From Patescibacteria group bacterium (lineage in GTDB: Bacteria > Patescibacteriota > Patescibacteriia > Patescibacteriales > UBA12075), in contig JAHILH010000005.1 in assembly GCA_018897195.1 (NCBI GenBank), forward strand, positions 745 through 64,744: a stretch of 64,000 bases of DNA. The letters are read 5' to 3'. How positions within the stretch are numbered: the first letter of the stretch is position 1; each line of letters starts with the position of its first letter. This document shows positions 53,686 through 62,895 of the stretch, one piece after another. The notes under the pieces are model-generated. The model worked only from the letters and a program-made list of their open reading frames with translations, had not been told where the DNA came from and did not search any database. The position numbers and the translations under genes were made by a program.

Positions 53686-54570
53686 TTACAAAGTCTCTTC
53701 GTACGACTGCTTGATTATTTCAAAAACGTCATCAACCTCTTTTAATGTTTTTATTTTAATTCTACCCTTATAGCCCCACATGTGGGTGCTTATATCATTT
53801 ACTATTTTTTTTGGATCGTTATATTTAGGACTTCTAACTAAAACATCTAAAACGGTTTTCCCAAATTCAAATCGGATAAAACTTTTGGTTGTTCGATATG
53901 TAATACCAGTTTTCTGATTTGCCACCTCTTCAACCTCTGGCAATGCCTGAATTTTTTCTTGTAATTTATAAAAAATATCTTTTATCTCGTCTGTTGATTT
54001 ATGTCGGTTGAGATGAAAATTAATATCATAAGCTTCTTCTCCTTCAACTTCTATTTGCACAATATCTTCTTTTAATTTTTTAGACTTATTAGGCATGTAA
54101 ACATTTTCCAAGTATAAAATGTCCTGATTATACGGCACATATTTAATCAATTCCACACTATCCACTTGCTGAACTGCAATTATAGTCCGCTTGTCGAAGC
54201 CTTGAGCTACTAAAATTACACGTGGACTTGTCCAGTTAACCTTTATTTCCCTGCCAAGCTTATCGGCAACCAATAGATCAAAATGTCTTTTATTATTTTT
54301 AAGCCAATCAAAATAAAAAAGCCCCTGAACAAAGATGGCATTATCTTGACCCCATTTGTATTCAATAATTACTGGAGAATTAGTTTCATCAAGTGCTAAA
54401 GTATCAATTCGCCCATCGGTTGTTGGGTATTCAATCGACAAAAATCTCATACCCAATAACTGCTCAAGATTATCAGCAAAAAAATCCCTTAATTCGGCCT
54501 CGTTTTTAAAATGGTTGATATTAGAGTAAACTTGATTGGCTTTTTTGTTTTTGATTTGAAAAATTGGCAT
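53686..54570 (-). CDS. PD-(D/E)xK nuclease-like protein (NucS/DUF91-like N-terminus, DUF5655-like C-terminus)
   Basis: GRIDTLALDETNSPVIIEYK gives a D...ExK arrangement; 294 aa. Confidence 0.55.
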   Translation of the reverse strand: MPIFQIKNKKANQVYSNINHFKNEAELRDFFADNLEQLLGMRFLSIEYPTTDGRIDTLALDETNSPVIIEYKWGQDNAIFVQGLFYFDWLKNNKRHFDLLVADKLGREIKVNWTSPRVILVAQGFDKRTIIAVQQVDSVELIKYVPYNQDILYLENVYMPNKSKKLKEDIVQIEVEGEEAYDINFHLNRHKSTDEIKDIFYKLQEKIQALPEVEEVANQKTGITYRTTKSFIRFEFGKTVLDVLVRSPKYNDPKKIVNDISTHMWGYKGRIKIKTLKEVDDVFEIIKQSYEETL

Positions 54571-54772
54571 AATGTTTTGTTATTATTTCATTATATAAAT
54601 GACTATTATTTTATACTTAAATTTACAGCAACTTTTGTTGCAATATTTATAATATTTTTAGCAATCACAAATAGGAGAATTTCTTATCACTCAGTAAAAT
54701 CGCTTAGATTAATAATTAATGGCATAAATGTTTTTATACGTTTATCACTTATTATATTGAATGCCTCCCCCT

Positions 54773-57571
54773 CTACCACTCAAACATGTCAACAATATTC
54801 TCAATCGCGCCCTTGATGCGATCCACAATCCCCTGTCGCTCTAAAATCCTTGGTGCCTTGGGCAGTAAATCAACAATCTCTTGTCCTTGTGGTAATCGTT
54901 GCGTGTATAGATATTCACCAATCAGTTGCTCAATCTTTTCAACGGGAATATTTTCCGCTTGGGCGATATTCTTCAATGAGTTCGAGCGCTCACTAGCCCA
55001 GAAATCACTAAAGGCTTTTTCAACATTGTCAGACTTGTCGATCTTGGGCAGATTTTCTTCGATAAACTTTCTAATTAAATCTTTCTTCATACGCAGTTTA
55101 ACATCGCGGTCGAAGATACGCAAAATCTCTTCGGTCTTTTTCTCGCGCACCGCCTTGGAGCTGATATTTTTTAAGCCCGCAATCAGTTGAATAATGTAAT
55201 CAAAATTAATCACATCGCGCATGGTCAGTTCTAATTCAAAATCAATCTGATCCAAAATCGATTCCACGCTACTGTCGTGGTTTTTTCGTTCCTCGTGAAT
55301 ATCTAAATACTTGCTTTGGTAATCGTAAAATTCCTGCTCGGAGATGCCTAGGTCGGTAAACGAAAACTCAGCGAAGGTTTCGAGTGACGACTTAATGCGC
55401 AATAAGTCGCGGAATGATTTTACAAATTCAGCTTTTTCCTCTTCACTCTTTAGAGTGTCGATCGAATCTAGCGTTGGCACTTTCTCTCGCAACTCTACTA
55501 GTTTATTTTCAAACTCATTTTTTTGTTCTTCGTATGGCTTTTTAAATACTACTTCTTTCGCATTTTCATCACCAAAAAGTGCCAAGGCTTTGTCGGTGGC
55601 TACTTTTAAATTTCTGAATGACACGATATTACCATGTGGCTTATCGGAGTCCAACAATCTGTTCGTTCTGGAATACGCCTGAATCAAGCCATGGTAACGC
55701 AAATTTTTATCGACATACAAAGTGTTAAGCCTTGGACTGTCAAAGCCAGTCAAAAACATATTGACCACCAGAATTAAATCAACCTCCTTGTTCTTGATTC
55801 GCTTTTGTAAATCGCGGTAATAGTCATAAAATCTATCAGTAGTAAAATTGGTTGAAAATGTCTTGTTATAATCTTTGATACAATCTTCCAAGAAATCGCG
55901 TGAGTGTTTATTACCCGCTGTGCCCTCACCTGCGAATACATCCACATCCAGCATGTCAGAGCTGTCATCCTCATTGGCTTGATAGGTAAATATTGTCGCG
56001 ATTTTAAAATCGTCTGCCTTCTTCTTTTTAAATAATGAATAATATCTTTTCAAAACTTCAATATTAGTTACCGCAAATAGTGCATTAAACTTTCCATTCT
56101 TTGTTTTTCGTTTCCAATCCGCCAAGACATAGTCAGCGATCTTATTCAATCGATCATCACTCTCCAAGATTTCTTTTGTATCAATCCCCTCCACCAAGGT
56201 CTCGGCAAAAATATCCGCATCCAAAGTGTCAGGATCTTTTTGTGTGTATTTGCCAACATACTCGACAGCGAAGCCAAGCACATTGTCATCAGAGATGGCA
56301 TGCGTAATAATATAACGATGTAAACACTCGCCAAAAACATCAGCCGTGGTCACTCCACCAACATTATTATCGGCGAATATCGGTGTGCCTGTAAAACCAA
56401 AGAGCTGTGCCTTTTTGAAGAATTTTTTAATTCGTCCGTGCGTCTGTCCGAATTGACTACGATGGCATTCATCGAAGATGATTACCACTTTTTCATCGAC
56501 CAAATAGTCGAATTGCTTTAGATACGCCTCTCGCCCAATGGCAATGTCTAACTTCTGTATAGTAGTCACAATCAATTTTCGATTCTTATCCTTGAGTTGT
56601 TTCACCAAGCTCATCGTGTTATCGGTGCCGTCCACTGAGCCATCAGAAAAAGAATTAAATTCTTTCGTCGTTTGAATGTCTAAATCCTTGCGATCCACCA
56701 CAAATAAAACTTTCTTCACCTCTGGCATCTGTGCCAAAATCTGACTCGCCTTAAACGAGGTCAATGTCTTACCTGATCCAGTCGTATGCCAAATATAGCC
56801 ATTCTTATCTGACTCACGCACGCGTTCCTCAATCTCTTTAACAGCATAATATTGATAAGGTCGCAGTGTCATGGGAATTTGCAACGATTCAGCTAGCACA
56901 ATATACTCCGCAATCATTTCCGACACGGTGCATTTTTCCAAGAACGCATCAGCAAACTCATCCAGCTTGGTAATTTTACAGTTATCCGCATCAGTCCAAT
57001 AAAAAGTCTGCTCGAATGACTGTTTCGGATTGTTAGAAAAATATTTAGTATTTACACCATTAGAAATCACAAAGATCTGCACATACTCAAAAAGCGTTCC
57101 CGTAAACGAGTGCTTATGATACCGCTGAATCTGATTAAAAGCCTCCTTCATCTCCACCCCTCGGCGCTTGAGCTCAATATGCACCAATGGCAAGCCATTA
57201 ACGAGCAAAGTCACATCGTAGCGATTTTCATATCGTCCAACTTGAGTGATTTGATTGGTTACTTGGTATTCATTCTTACACCATTGATCCATATTAAAAA
57301 ACCGCACATAAAAAGTGCTCTCATCGTCACGAGCTAACGCAAATCGGTCTCGCAATATTTTCGCTTTTTGAAAACGATCGCCTTTGTTTAGGTGATTCAA
57401 TATGCGAGTGAACTCGGCATCGGAAAATACTGCTTGATTAAACAACTCTAACTGAGCGCGAAGATTTAGCATCAACGCGTCGTTGTCTTCAATGACAACG
57501 CCAGCAAAGCCTAGACGGTTTAGTTGCTCAATTAATGTTTTTTCTAGTTGTTGTTCGGATTGGTGGGTCAT
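54773..57571 (-). CDS. hsdR: type I restriction enzyme R subunit
   Basis: N-terminal nuclease motif (RYDVTLLVNGLPLVHIELKR), then HTTGSGKTLTS, FDECHRSQ, FTGTP, QAYSRTNR. Confidence 0.93.
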   Translation of the reverse strand: MTHQSEQQLEKTLIEQLNRLGFAGVVIEDNDALMLNLRAQLELFNQAVFSDAEFTRILNHLNKGDRFQKAKILRDRFALARDDESTFYVRFFNMDQWCKNEYQVTNQITQVGRYENRYDVTLLVNGLPLVHIELKRRGVEMKEAFNQIQRYHKHSFTGTLFEYVQIFVISNGVNTKYFSNNPKQSFEQTFYWTDADNCKITKLDEFADAFLEKCTVSEMIAEYIVLAESLQIPMTLRPYQYYAVKEIEERVRESDKNGYIWHTTGSGKTLTSFKASQILAQMPEVKKVLFVVDRKDLDIQTTKEFNSFSDGSVDGTDNTMSLVKQLKDKNRKLIVTTIQKLDIAIGREAYLKQFDYLVDEKVVIIFDECHRSQFGQTHGRIKKFFKKAQLFGFTGTPIFADNNVGGVTTADVFGECLHRYIITHAISDDNVLGFAVEYVGKYTQKDPDTLDADIFAETLVEGIDTKEILESDDRLNKIADYVLADWKRKTKNGKFNALFAVTNIEVLKRYYSLFKKKKADDFKIATIFTYQANEDDSSDMLDVDVFAGEGTAGNKHSRDFLEDCIKDYNKTFSTNFTTDRFYDYYRDLQKRIKNKEVDLILVVNMFLTGFDSPRLNTLYVDKNLRYHGLIQAYSRTNRLLDSDKPHGNIVSFRNLKVATDKALALFGDENAKEVVFKKPYEEQKNEFENKLVELREKVPTLDSIDTLKSEEEKAEFVKSFRDLLRIKSSLETFAEFSFTDLGISEQEFYDYQSKYLDIHEERKNHDSSVESILDQIDFELELTMRDVINFDYIIQLIAGLKNISSKAVREKKTEEILRIFDRDVKLRMKKDLIRKFIEENLPKIDKSDNVEKAFSDFWASERSNSLKNIAQAENIPVEKIEQLIGEYLYTQRLPQGQEIVDLLPKAPRILERQGIVDRIKGAIENIVDMFEW

Positions 57572-58425
57572 AAATTATTGTTAACATATCTCAGTAGCAA
57601 TCCCGTTTGGTATATTAAAAATTCATTTTCAGAATCATTAATTTCACCATCGTTGTGCTTACTATTTTCATTAAAATATGTATCAAGATAATTAAAAATT
57701 GATCCAATTATATTTCGCACTTGTGCATCGCGTCCATCTGTTTTTAATTTTTTTTGTAATTCCAGAATATTGGCATTTAACCCTCTTGTATTTTTCATTA
57801 CATATTTCAAAAACTCTTCCAAAGTCCTACGAAGACTATCTGCTGATTTTATATAATTTTTTGCTTGATAAAATTTTAATGCCTGGACAAAATGATCAGC
57901 GCTATTACTCTTTAAAAATGACAGAGGATGATCAACTAATTTGTCGTCAAGAACTTCTTCACCTTTTGGATATAAAATAACATCATCACCTGCGACCGTA
58001 ATTGATAAATTTATGTCTGAATAATTAACTGCATCTAAAACTTTATCGTAAAGTATACTTCTGCTATATATATCACGACGATCATATCCAGTTCGTGATG
58101 ATATTTCTAATGAAAAGATCAACTCAATTAGACGATAAAATTCTTTTTCACTATTTTCCTGATATAGCCGATTTTCTATGTTTTTACTCCACACACGATC
58201 CCCAAAGGTTTCGCTTTTCCACACTTCTTCAATTCCGTAATACTGGCAAAACAAAGAAACACTTTCTTTGCTCACATAACTATCAATATTCTTAAAAATA
58301 TTTAAAATTCTTGTCTTGAATTTTTTAAATGCCTCCTCGTAAGATTCTGAGGATTCGACACTCCACCTTTTATTAAATTTCTCCATTCGTTCTCTTAGAT
58401 TCATATTATTTATTTCAACAACCAT
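57568..58425 (-). CDS. hypothetical all-alpha protein embedded in the type I R-M operon
   Basis: 285-aa ORF whose stop overlaps the hsdR start (ATGA). GGTGAGGTGG lies upstream. No motif recognised. Confidence 0.6.
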   Translation of the reverse strand: MVVEINNMNLRERMEKFNKRWSVESSESYEEAFKKFKTRILNIFKNIDSYVSKESVSLFCQYYGIEEVWKSETFGDRVWSKNIENRLYQENSEKEFYRLIELIFSLEISSRTGYDRRDIYSRSILYDKVLDAVNYSDINLSITVAGDDVILYPKGEEVLDDKLVDHPLSFLKSNSADHFVQALKFYQAKNYIKSADSLRRTLEEFLKYVMKNTRGLNANILELQKKLKTDGRDAQVRNIIGSIFNYLDTYFNENSKHNDGEINDSENEFLIYQTGLLLRYVNNNL

Positions 58426-58524
58426 CTGACCACCTCACCCACACTCTCTAGATTGAGCGATGCGTTGTTTGTTTTAATTATTATTCCAACCAAATTAAAT
58501 GCAAAATATCGTGAATCTTATATA

Positions 58525-59541
58525 TTAAAATAGTGCCTGTTGGTTATCACAAGCCGTTTCTTGTTTTTTTGCTGGCTTTATTTTATGCACAATTTGATCT
58601 TTGTTATAACTTTTTACCTCTTTTATATAAATACCTCTGTTCTGAAATACATTTCCCTTTAACTCTCCAGAAATATCGAAAACTATCCGCATATTATCCT
58701 TCACGGCAAATGCTCGCTCTTTGTTAGAAATTTGATCTTTAAAATCAGAATCTTGCATATAAAATTCAATATCATCACCATCTCTTAAAACAGATATTTC
58801 ATTATAAAAAATATTATCACCATAGTATGTGCCTCTCCATGGTATCCCCTTACCCTCTTTCTTCTGCCGAACTACTGGCGAAATTAACTCAACAACCCCC
58901 TCTATATTTTCTCTAAAATACTTAGCATCTAGAATTGGTTCAATATATTTAACAAAATCATTTCGCTCAATCATTTTAGAAAAAACTTGCTCACTTTGGG
59001 CATTCTTTAGAATGGTTTCGTTATTTTTTATCATACCATCCCTGTTAAGCGTATTATAAAAATTGTTTTTTCTTTTTTTTAAAATTATGTTTCCACAAAC
59101 CTCTAGAATCTTTTCTTGAGGAATGTTTTCTACTTCATAATTATTGTTTAAATCCTCTAATTGTTTCTGTAATTCTAAACATTTAACAGTATCATCGATA
59201 ACCCACAAGCGACTGTCGTGTATGTGCGTCTCATGCACATCTCTATAATTAAGGTAACCAAGAACCAAACCACCGATAGTCATAACTGTTCCGACGGACA
59301 CTCCTATTTTATTTTTTTTTACAAATTTTACAATGTCCTTATATGACCCTGGCTCAGGAGGTAACAGATAAATATTAAAAACATCGTCTGGAAATAAAAT
59401 TTCTGACATCTCGCGAATCATCACGACAAGATCTTCGGAGCATTTATTTCTAGTATCCGCCTTAATAAAATGCTCAGAAACTCCGAAATGCGTTTCGATT
59501 ATAATAAAATCTTCAATTTTAATCTCATCCAAATTCTTCAT
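58525..59541 (-). CDS. hypothetical protein with one predicted TM helix, embedded in the type I R-M operon
   Basis: 338-aa ORF starting 9 nt after the hsdS stop. Hydrophobic segment IGVSVGTVMTIGGLVLGYL. No motif recognised. Confidence 0.6.
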   Translation of the reverse strand: MKNLDEIKIEDFIIIETHFGVSEHFIKADTRNKCSEDLVVMIREMSEILFPDDVFNIYLLPPEPGSYKDIVKFVKKNKIGVSVGTVMTIGGLVLGYLNYRDVHETHIHDSRLWVIDDTVKCLELQKQLEDLNNNYEVENIPQEKILEVCGNIILKKRKNNFYNTLNRDGMIKNNETILKNAQSEQVFSKMIERNDFVKYIEPILDAKYFRENIEGVVELISPVVRQKKEGKGIPWRGTYYGDNIFYNEISVLRDGDDIEFYMQDSDFKDQISNKERAFAVKDNMRIVFDISGELKGNVFQNRGIYIKEVKSYNKDQIVHKIKPAKKQETACDNQQALF

Positions 59542-59550
59542 ACGCCACTA

Positions 59551-60831
59551 TTACACAAACAATCCCTGCATCAACCCCTTCTTCCACCCCTCAGCCTTTG
59601 CGATCTGTTGTTGCTTAGATTCTATTAAGTTATCGATTGATGTTAAAAAATCAGCTATTTTTTGTTGTTCAAGAATAGATGGAAATGAAAATTTAATTTT
59701 AATCATTTGTGACACCTTAACACTTGGCTGAACACCACCCATTTCAATTCTTTTAAACTGATGATTATTTCTCTTTTCCGTGAGCAAATAAAACATGAAG
59801 TTAGGATTCTCATTTTTAAAACGAAGCCCTACGATATTTTGAGCGACAACAGATTGTTTATCTCCTCTATAACAAGAACATAACGCAGTCGCGCCAACAG
59901 TCGAAAACAAAATATCATTCGGTTGTAAATATTTTCTAAACCAACTACTGAATGTTTTTTCGCTTACATATTTACTAACCCTAGAATAGTCCACAAACTT
60001 TCCCCCTAAAGAATTTACCTCCAATAGGGGTATTCCAGATGATTCAATTGGTGGCGTCTTTCCGCGATTATCAATAACAATATTTAAAACATCGCCAAAT
60101 CTTTTCCTGCTCCACTCACCAAATATCAATCCGTCTTCGCCTATAAACCGAACCTCTTGCGAAAATATCTTCTTAATAATTCCTTTCCTATAACCAGCCA
60201 AAGCCTCTTTTTGCGCACGCAAATTTTCAATCCATCCATCTACTACCAAAAAATAGTTGGCAATTTTTTGTTGCTCTGACAAGGACGGAAATAAAACCCT
60301 CACAGAACCAAGATCATCTTGACCAATAGTTGTCATCGTTGCCGTCTTACCACGCGAAACTAATTGACGACGAATATTATTAATTTTCAGAAGTCTATCT
60401 AAAAACTTTGGAAATATCACACTACTATCAGGTCTCATTCTAATGATGTGTCCGTCAAATGTTATATCATTTTCATCACTGTTTAAAATGTTAGAATAAG
60501 CTATACCCTCCTTAACCAAAGATGACCGAGTAAAGAAAATATCCCCAGCAACAGCCTTGTTTCTATTAAATTCTTCACTACTCAACTCGACTCTTGTTAA
60601 ATTTTTGACATTAATCTCCGTCCCAGAATACATATCTTTAACATTAATAAGTCTATAACCCGATCCAACTTTGCCAGGATCATTAAATACACCATTACTA
60701 AAACCACCCAGTTTGAGATCTTTCAATCTCCTCTCATCCCATGCACCAAAAAAACCCGAAAATCTCAACTTCGGAATTCTTTGCGCTTCTGATTGTTTAG
60801 TTTTTATTGGCATATTATTTTTAGTTACCAA
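59551..60831 (-). CDS. hsdS: type I restriction-modification specificity subunit
   Basis: Two target-recognition halves, each followed by a conserved helix (FPSLSEQQKIANYF and FPSILEQQKIADFL). Confidence 0.88.
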   Translation of the reverse strand: MVTKNNMPIKTKQSEAQRIPKLRFSGFFGAWDERRLKDLKLGGFSNGVFNDPGKVGSGYRLINVKDMYSGTEINVKNLTRVELSSEEFNRNKAVAGDIFFTRSSLVKEGIAYSNILNSDENDITFDGHIIRMRPDSSVIFPKFLDRLLKINNIRRQLVSRGKTATMTTIGQDDLGSVRVLFPSLSEQQKIANYFLVVDGWIENLRAQKEALAGYRKGIIKKIFSQEVRFIGEDGLIFGEWSRKRFGDVLNIVIDNRGKTPPIESSGIPLLEVNSLGGKFVDYSRVSKYVSEKTFSSWFRKYLQPNDILFSTVGATALCSCYRGDKQSVVAQNIVGLRFKNENPNFMFYLLTEKRNNHQFKRIEMGGVQPSVKVSQMIKIKFSFPSILEQQKIADFLTSIDNLIESKQQQIAKAEGWKKGLMQGLFV

Positions 60832-61451
60832 AGCTTGTTCTTCTCGTCTTTCAACGATCTCAATCGCTCTACGAGCTTATACACCAATGTTGACGGATCT
60901 CTTTTTATATAAGAAGAGACTCCTTGATCATTAAAATCTTTTTCCAGTCTTTTCGCATTTTTAATAGCCACCTGCTCCTTGTCTTTTACAAGTTCATAAA
61001 CATCGAAACTACTTTTCTTGTTATATTTTTTACCGAGTAGCTCTGACAACTTTTTCTCATACTGTCTTCGACCAATGGCAGTGTTTAAAAATTCAAAGTG
61101 AAGAATAAACCACAGCTCAAAACATTCATTGGAATAAGCCACATTTATACCATTATCTATAGCTAATTTTATAGATTTATCAAAATGCTCATGATCGTCC
61201 CTGTCAAAAACAACCCACCACTCAGTTGCAACATCTTCATCACTACCTTCCTCCTGTTTCATTTTAAGCACCGACTCTACCAATGGCAAAGTATGATCAC
61301 CAAGACCCCAAACAACTATATCAATCTCGCTCATTCGCAATTCATCCCTGATTGAATTAAAATATTTCGGCTCCGTGTTTATGCCCTCAGTAAAAATCTT
61401 AATAACTGTATGCGGTTTGCGAATATTTATTTTTCTTGGAAATTTAGACAT
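60825..61451 (-). CDS. RloB-like protein
   Basis: N-terminal IKIFTEGINTEPKYF resembles the RloB signature (..CEGe.TEp.YF). Its stop overlaps the hsdS start. Confidence 0.6.
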   Translation of the reverse strand: MSKFPRKINIRKPHTVIKIFTEGINTEPKYFNSIRDELRMSEIDIVVWGLGDHTLPLVESVLKMKQEEGSDEDVATEWWVVFDRDDHEHFDKSIKLAIDNGINVAYSNECFELWFILHFEFLNTAIGRRQYEKKLSELLGKKYNKKSSFDVYELVKDKEQVAIKNAKRLEKDFNDQGVSSYIKRDPSTLVYKLVERLRSLKDEKNKLW

Positions 61452-61454
61452 AAT

Positions 61455-62705
61455 CTATTTCTTAGTGCTATGAATAAAAGGCAATGCGCCAAATCGCCCT
61501 TCGAGATATTTCTTTGAAAATTCCGTATCATTTCTAATATCAAACTCAGCCAAAGAAAATAATTTAGCGGAACCGAATTCATCTTTCTCGGTAAACCAAA
61601 ACTGATCCTTAATAAACTCCCCTTTGTTTGCGAGCAGGCTGGTGTCATGTGTTGTAACGATAAGTTGGGCGTTGTTCTTGTTTATATCTTTTGACTCAAA
61701 GAGATTAACAATAAACTTGGTAAGTATCGGATGAAGACTATTGTCAAACTCATCAATAAACAAAACCTTGCCACCATCAAGCGTATCAATTATCGGACCA
61801 AGCGCGGAAAGAAACTTCTTTGTGCCTTCTGACTCTGCATCAATTAAAATCTCGAACGATCCTGATCTATTATTTTTGGCGTCATAAACTGGATGCTCAA
61901 AAAATAAAGCATTGCCCTTTTCTACTCGCTTCGTTGCAGAAAACCCCTCTTGACCATCTTTGATGTCAACAGCGCTAACATCAACCTCCTCCACTCTCCC
62001 ATTGGAAATGCAAAAATCAGCAGTCCTTAAATATTCAAGAATCTTTTCTTTGTAAACCGCATCCTCTTTAAACTTTTTCACGGTAAAGTTTTGATAATTT
62101 CCAGGTATAATTCCAGAGATAATATTTATACTCTTTAGAGCCTCTAAAAAATTTAAAGCGAGCGTGCTATTAAACTGAGCCGCCATTGATAAGAACAAAG
62201 TGTCCTTACGAGTTCTGTCGCGAATCATTTCAACATCTTTAAATTCTTTTCCAATTTTTATTTCTTGTTCGTTTCGCGAAATATACATTTTTACCGACCC
62301 AGACGACGATATCTTAACTAAATCCTCTGAGACAACACGATCATGCATGATTGAGAAATTATATCGATACGCCCCTTCATTAATTCCATCAATAGAAAAA
62401 ACTAACTCAAAAAAAATCGGACTTTCTCTGTTTTCCTTATTTCCCATAAAAGGAGAATAAGGAAGCATGGAATTCTCTTGTATATTTGCAGAAAATGATA
62501 CAATACTCTTAAAAAAAATAAGCGCCTCTAACAGTGTGCTTTTACCAGAAGCGTTTGGTCCATAAATAAACGATGTTTTAAGAAGATTCTCACCGTTATC
62601 TTTAAAGGTGTGCTTATCATTTTTCTGCGCAACTGTAGAAAAAGTAACCTTATTTTTAAAGGTTTTAAAATTTTGCACCGAAAACTCAATAATTGAAATT
62701 TGCAT
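61455..62705 (-). CDS. AAA/ABC-type ATPase (AAA_15/AAA_21, RloA-like)
   Basis: IYGPNASGKSTLLEAL Walker A, VLFIDEFDNSLHP Walker B, VTTHDT. Confidence 0.8.
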   Translation of the reverse strand: MQISIIEFSVQNFKTFKNKVTFSTVAQKNDKHTFKDNGENLLKTSFIYGPNASGKSTLLEALIFFKSIVSFSANIQENSMLPYSPFMGNKENRESPIFFELVFSIDGINEGAYRYNFSIMHDRVVSEDLVKISSSGSVKMYISRNEQEIKIGKEFKDVEMIRDRTRKDTLFLSMAAQFNSTLALNFLEALKSINIISGIIPGNYQNFTVKKFKEDAVYKEKILEYLRTADFCISNGRVEEVDVSAVDIKDGQEGFSATKRVEKGNALFFEHPVYDAKNNRSGSFEILIDAESEGTKKFLSALGPIIDTLDGGKVLFIDEFDNSLHPILTKFIVNLFESKDINKNNAQLIVTTHDTSLLANKGEFIKDQFWFTEKDEFGSAKLFSLAEFDIRNDTEFSKKYLEGRFGALPFIHSTKK

Positions 62706-62739
62706 ATATTTTACATAATATTAATAATTACATATAAAC

Positions 62740-62767
62740 ATTATACATAAATTAATAAAAATTGCAA
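62740..62767 (-). promoter_or_regulatory. candidate internal sigma70 promoter for the ATPase-RloB-hsdS genes
   Basis: On the minus strand: TTGCAA (62767-62762), a 16-nt spacer, then TATAAT (62745-62740). Confidence 0.45.
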
Positions 62768-62895
62768 GTTTTTTACATTTTCTGTTATTTTAATCCATTT
62801 CTTTACCCTTGACTGATTATCTGAATAATATATAATATAAATATCAATACCTGTCACGCCTCTTAACAATGCGAAACCGACAGGTTTTTTTGCGT

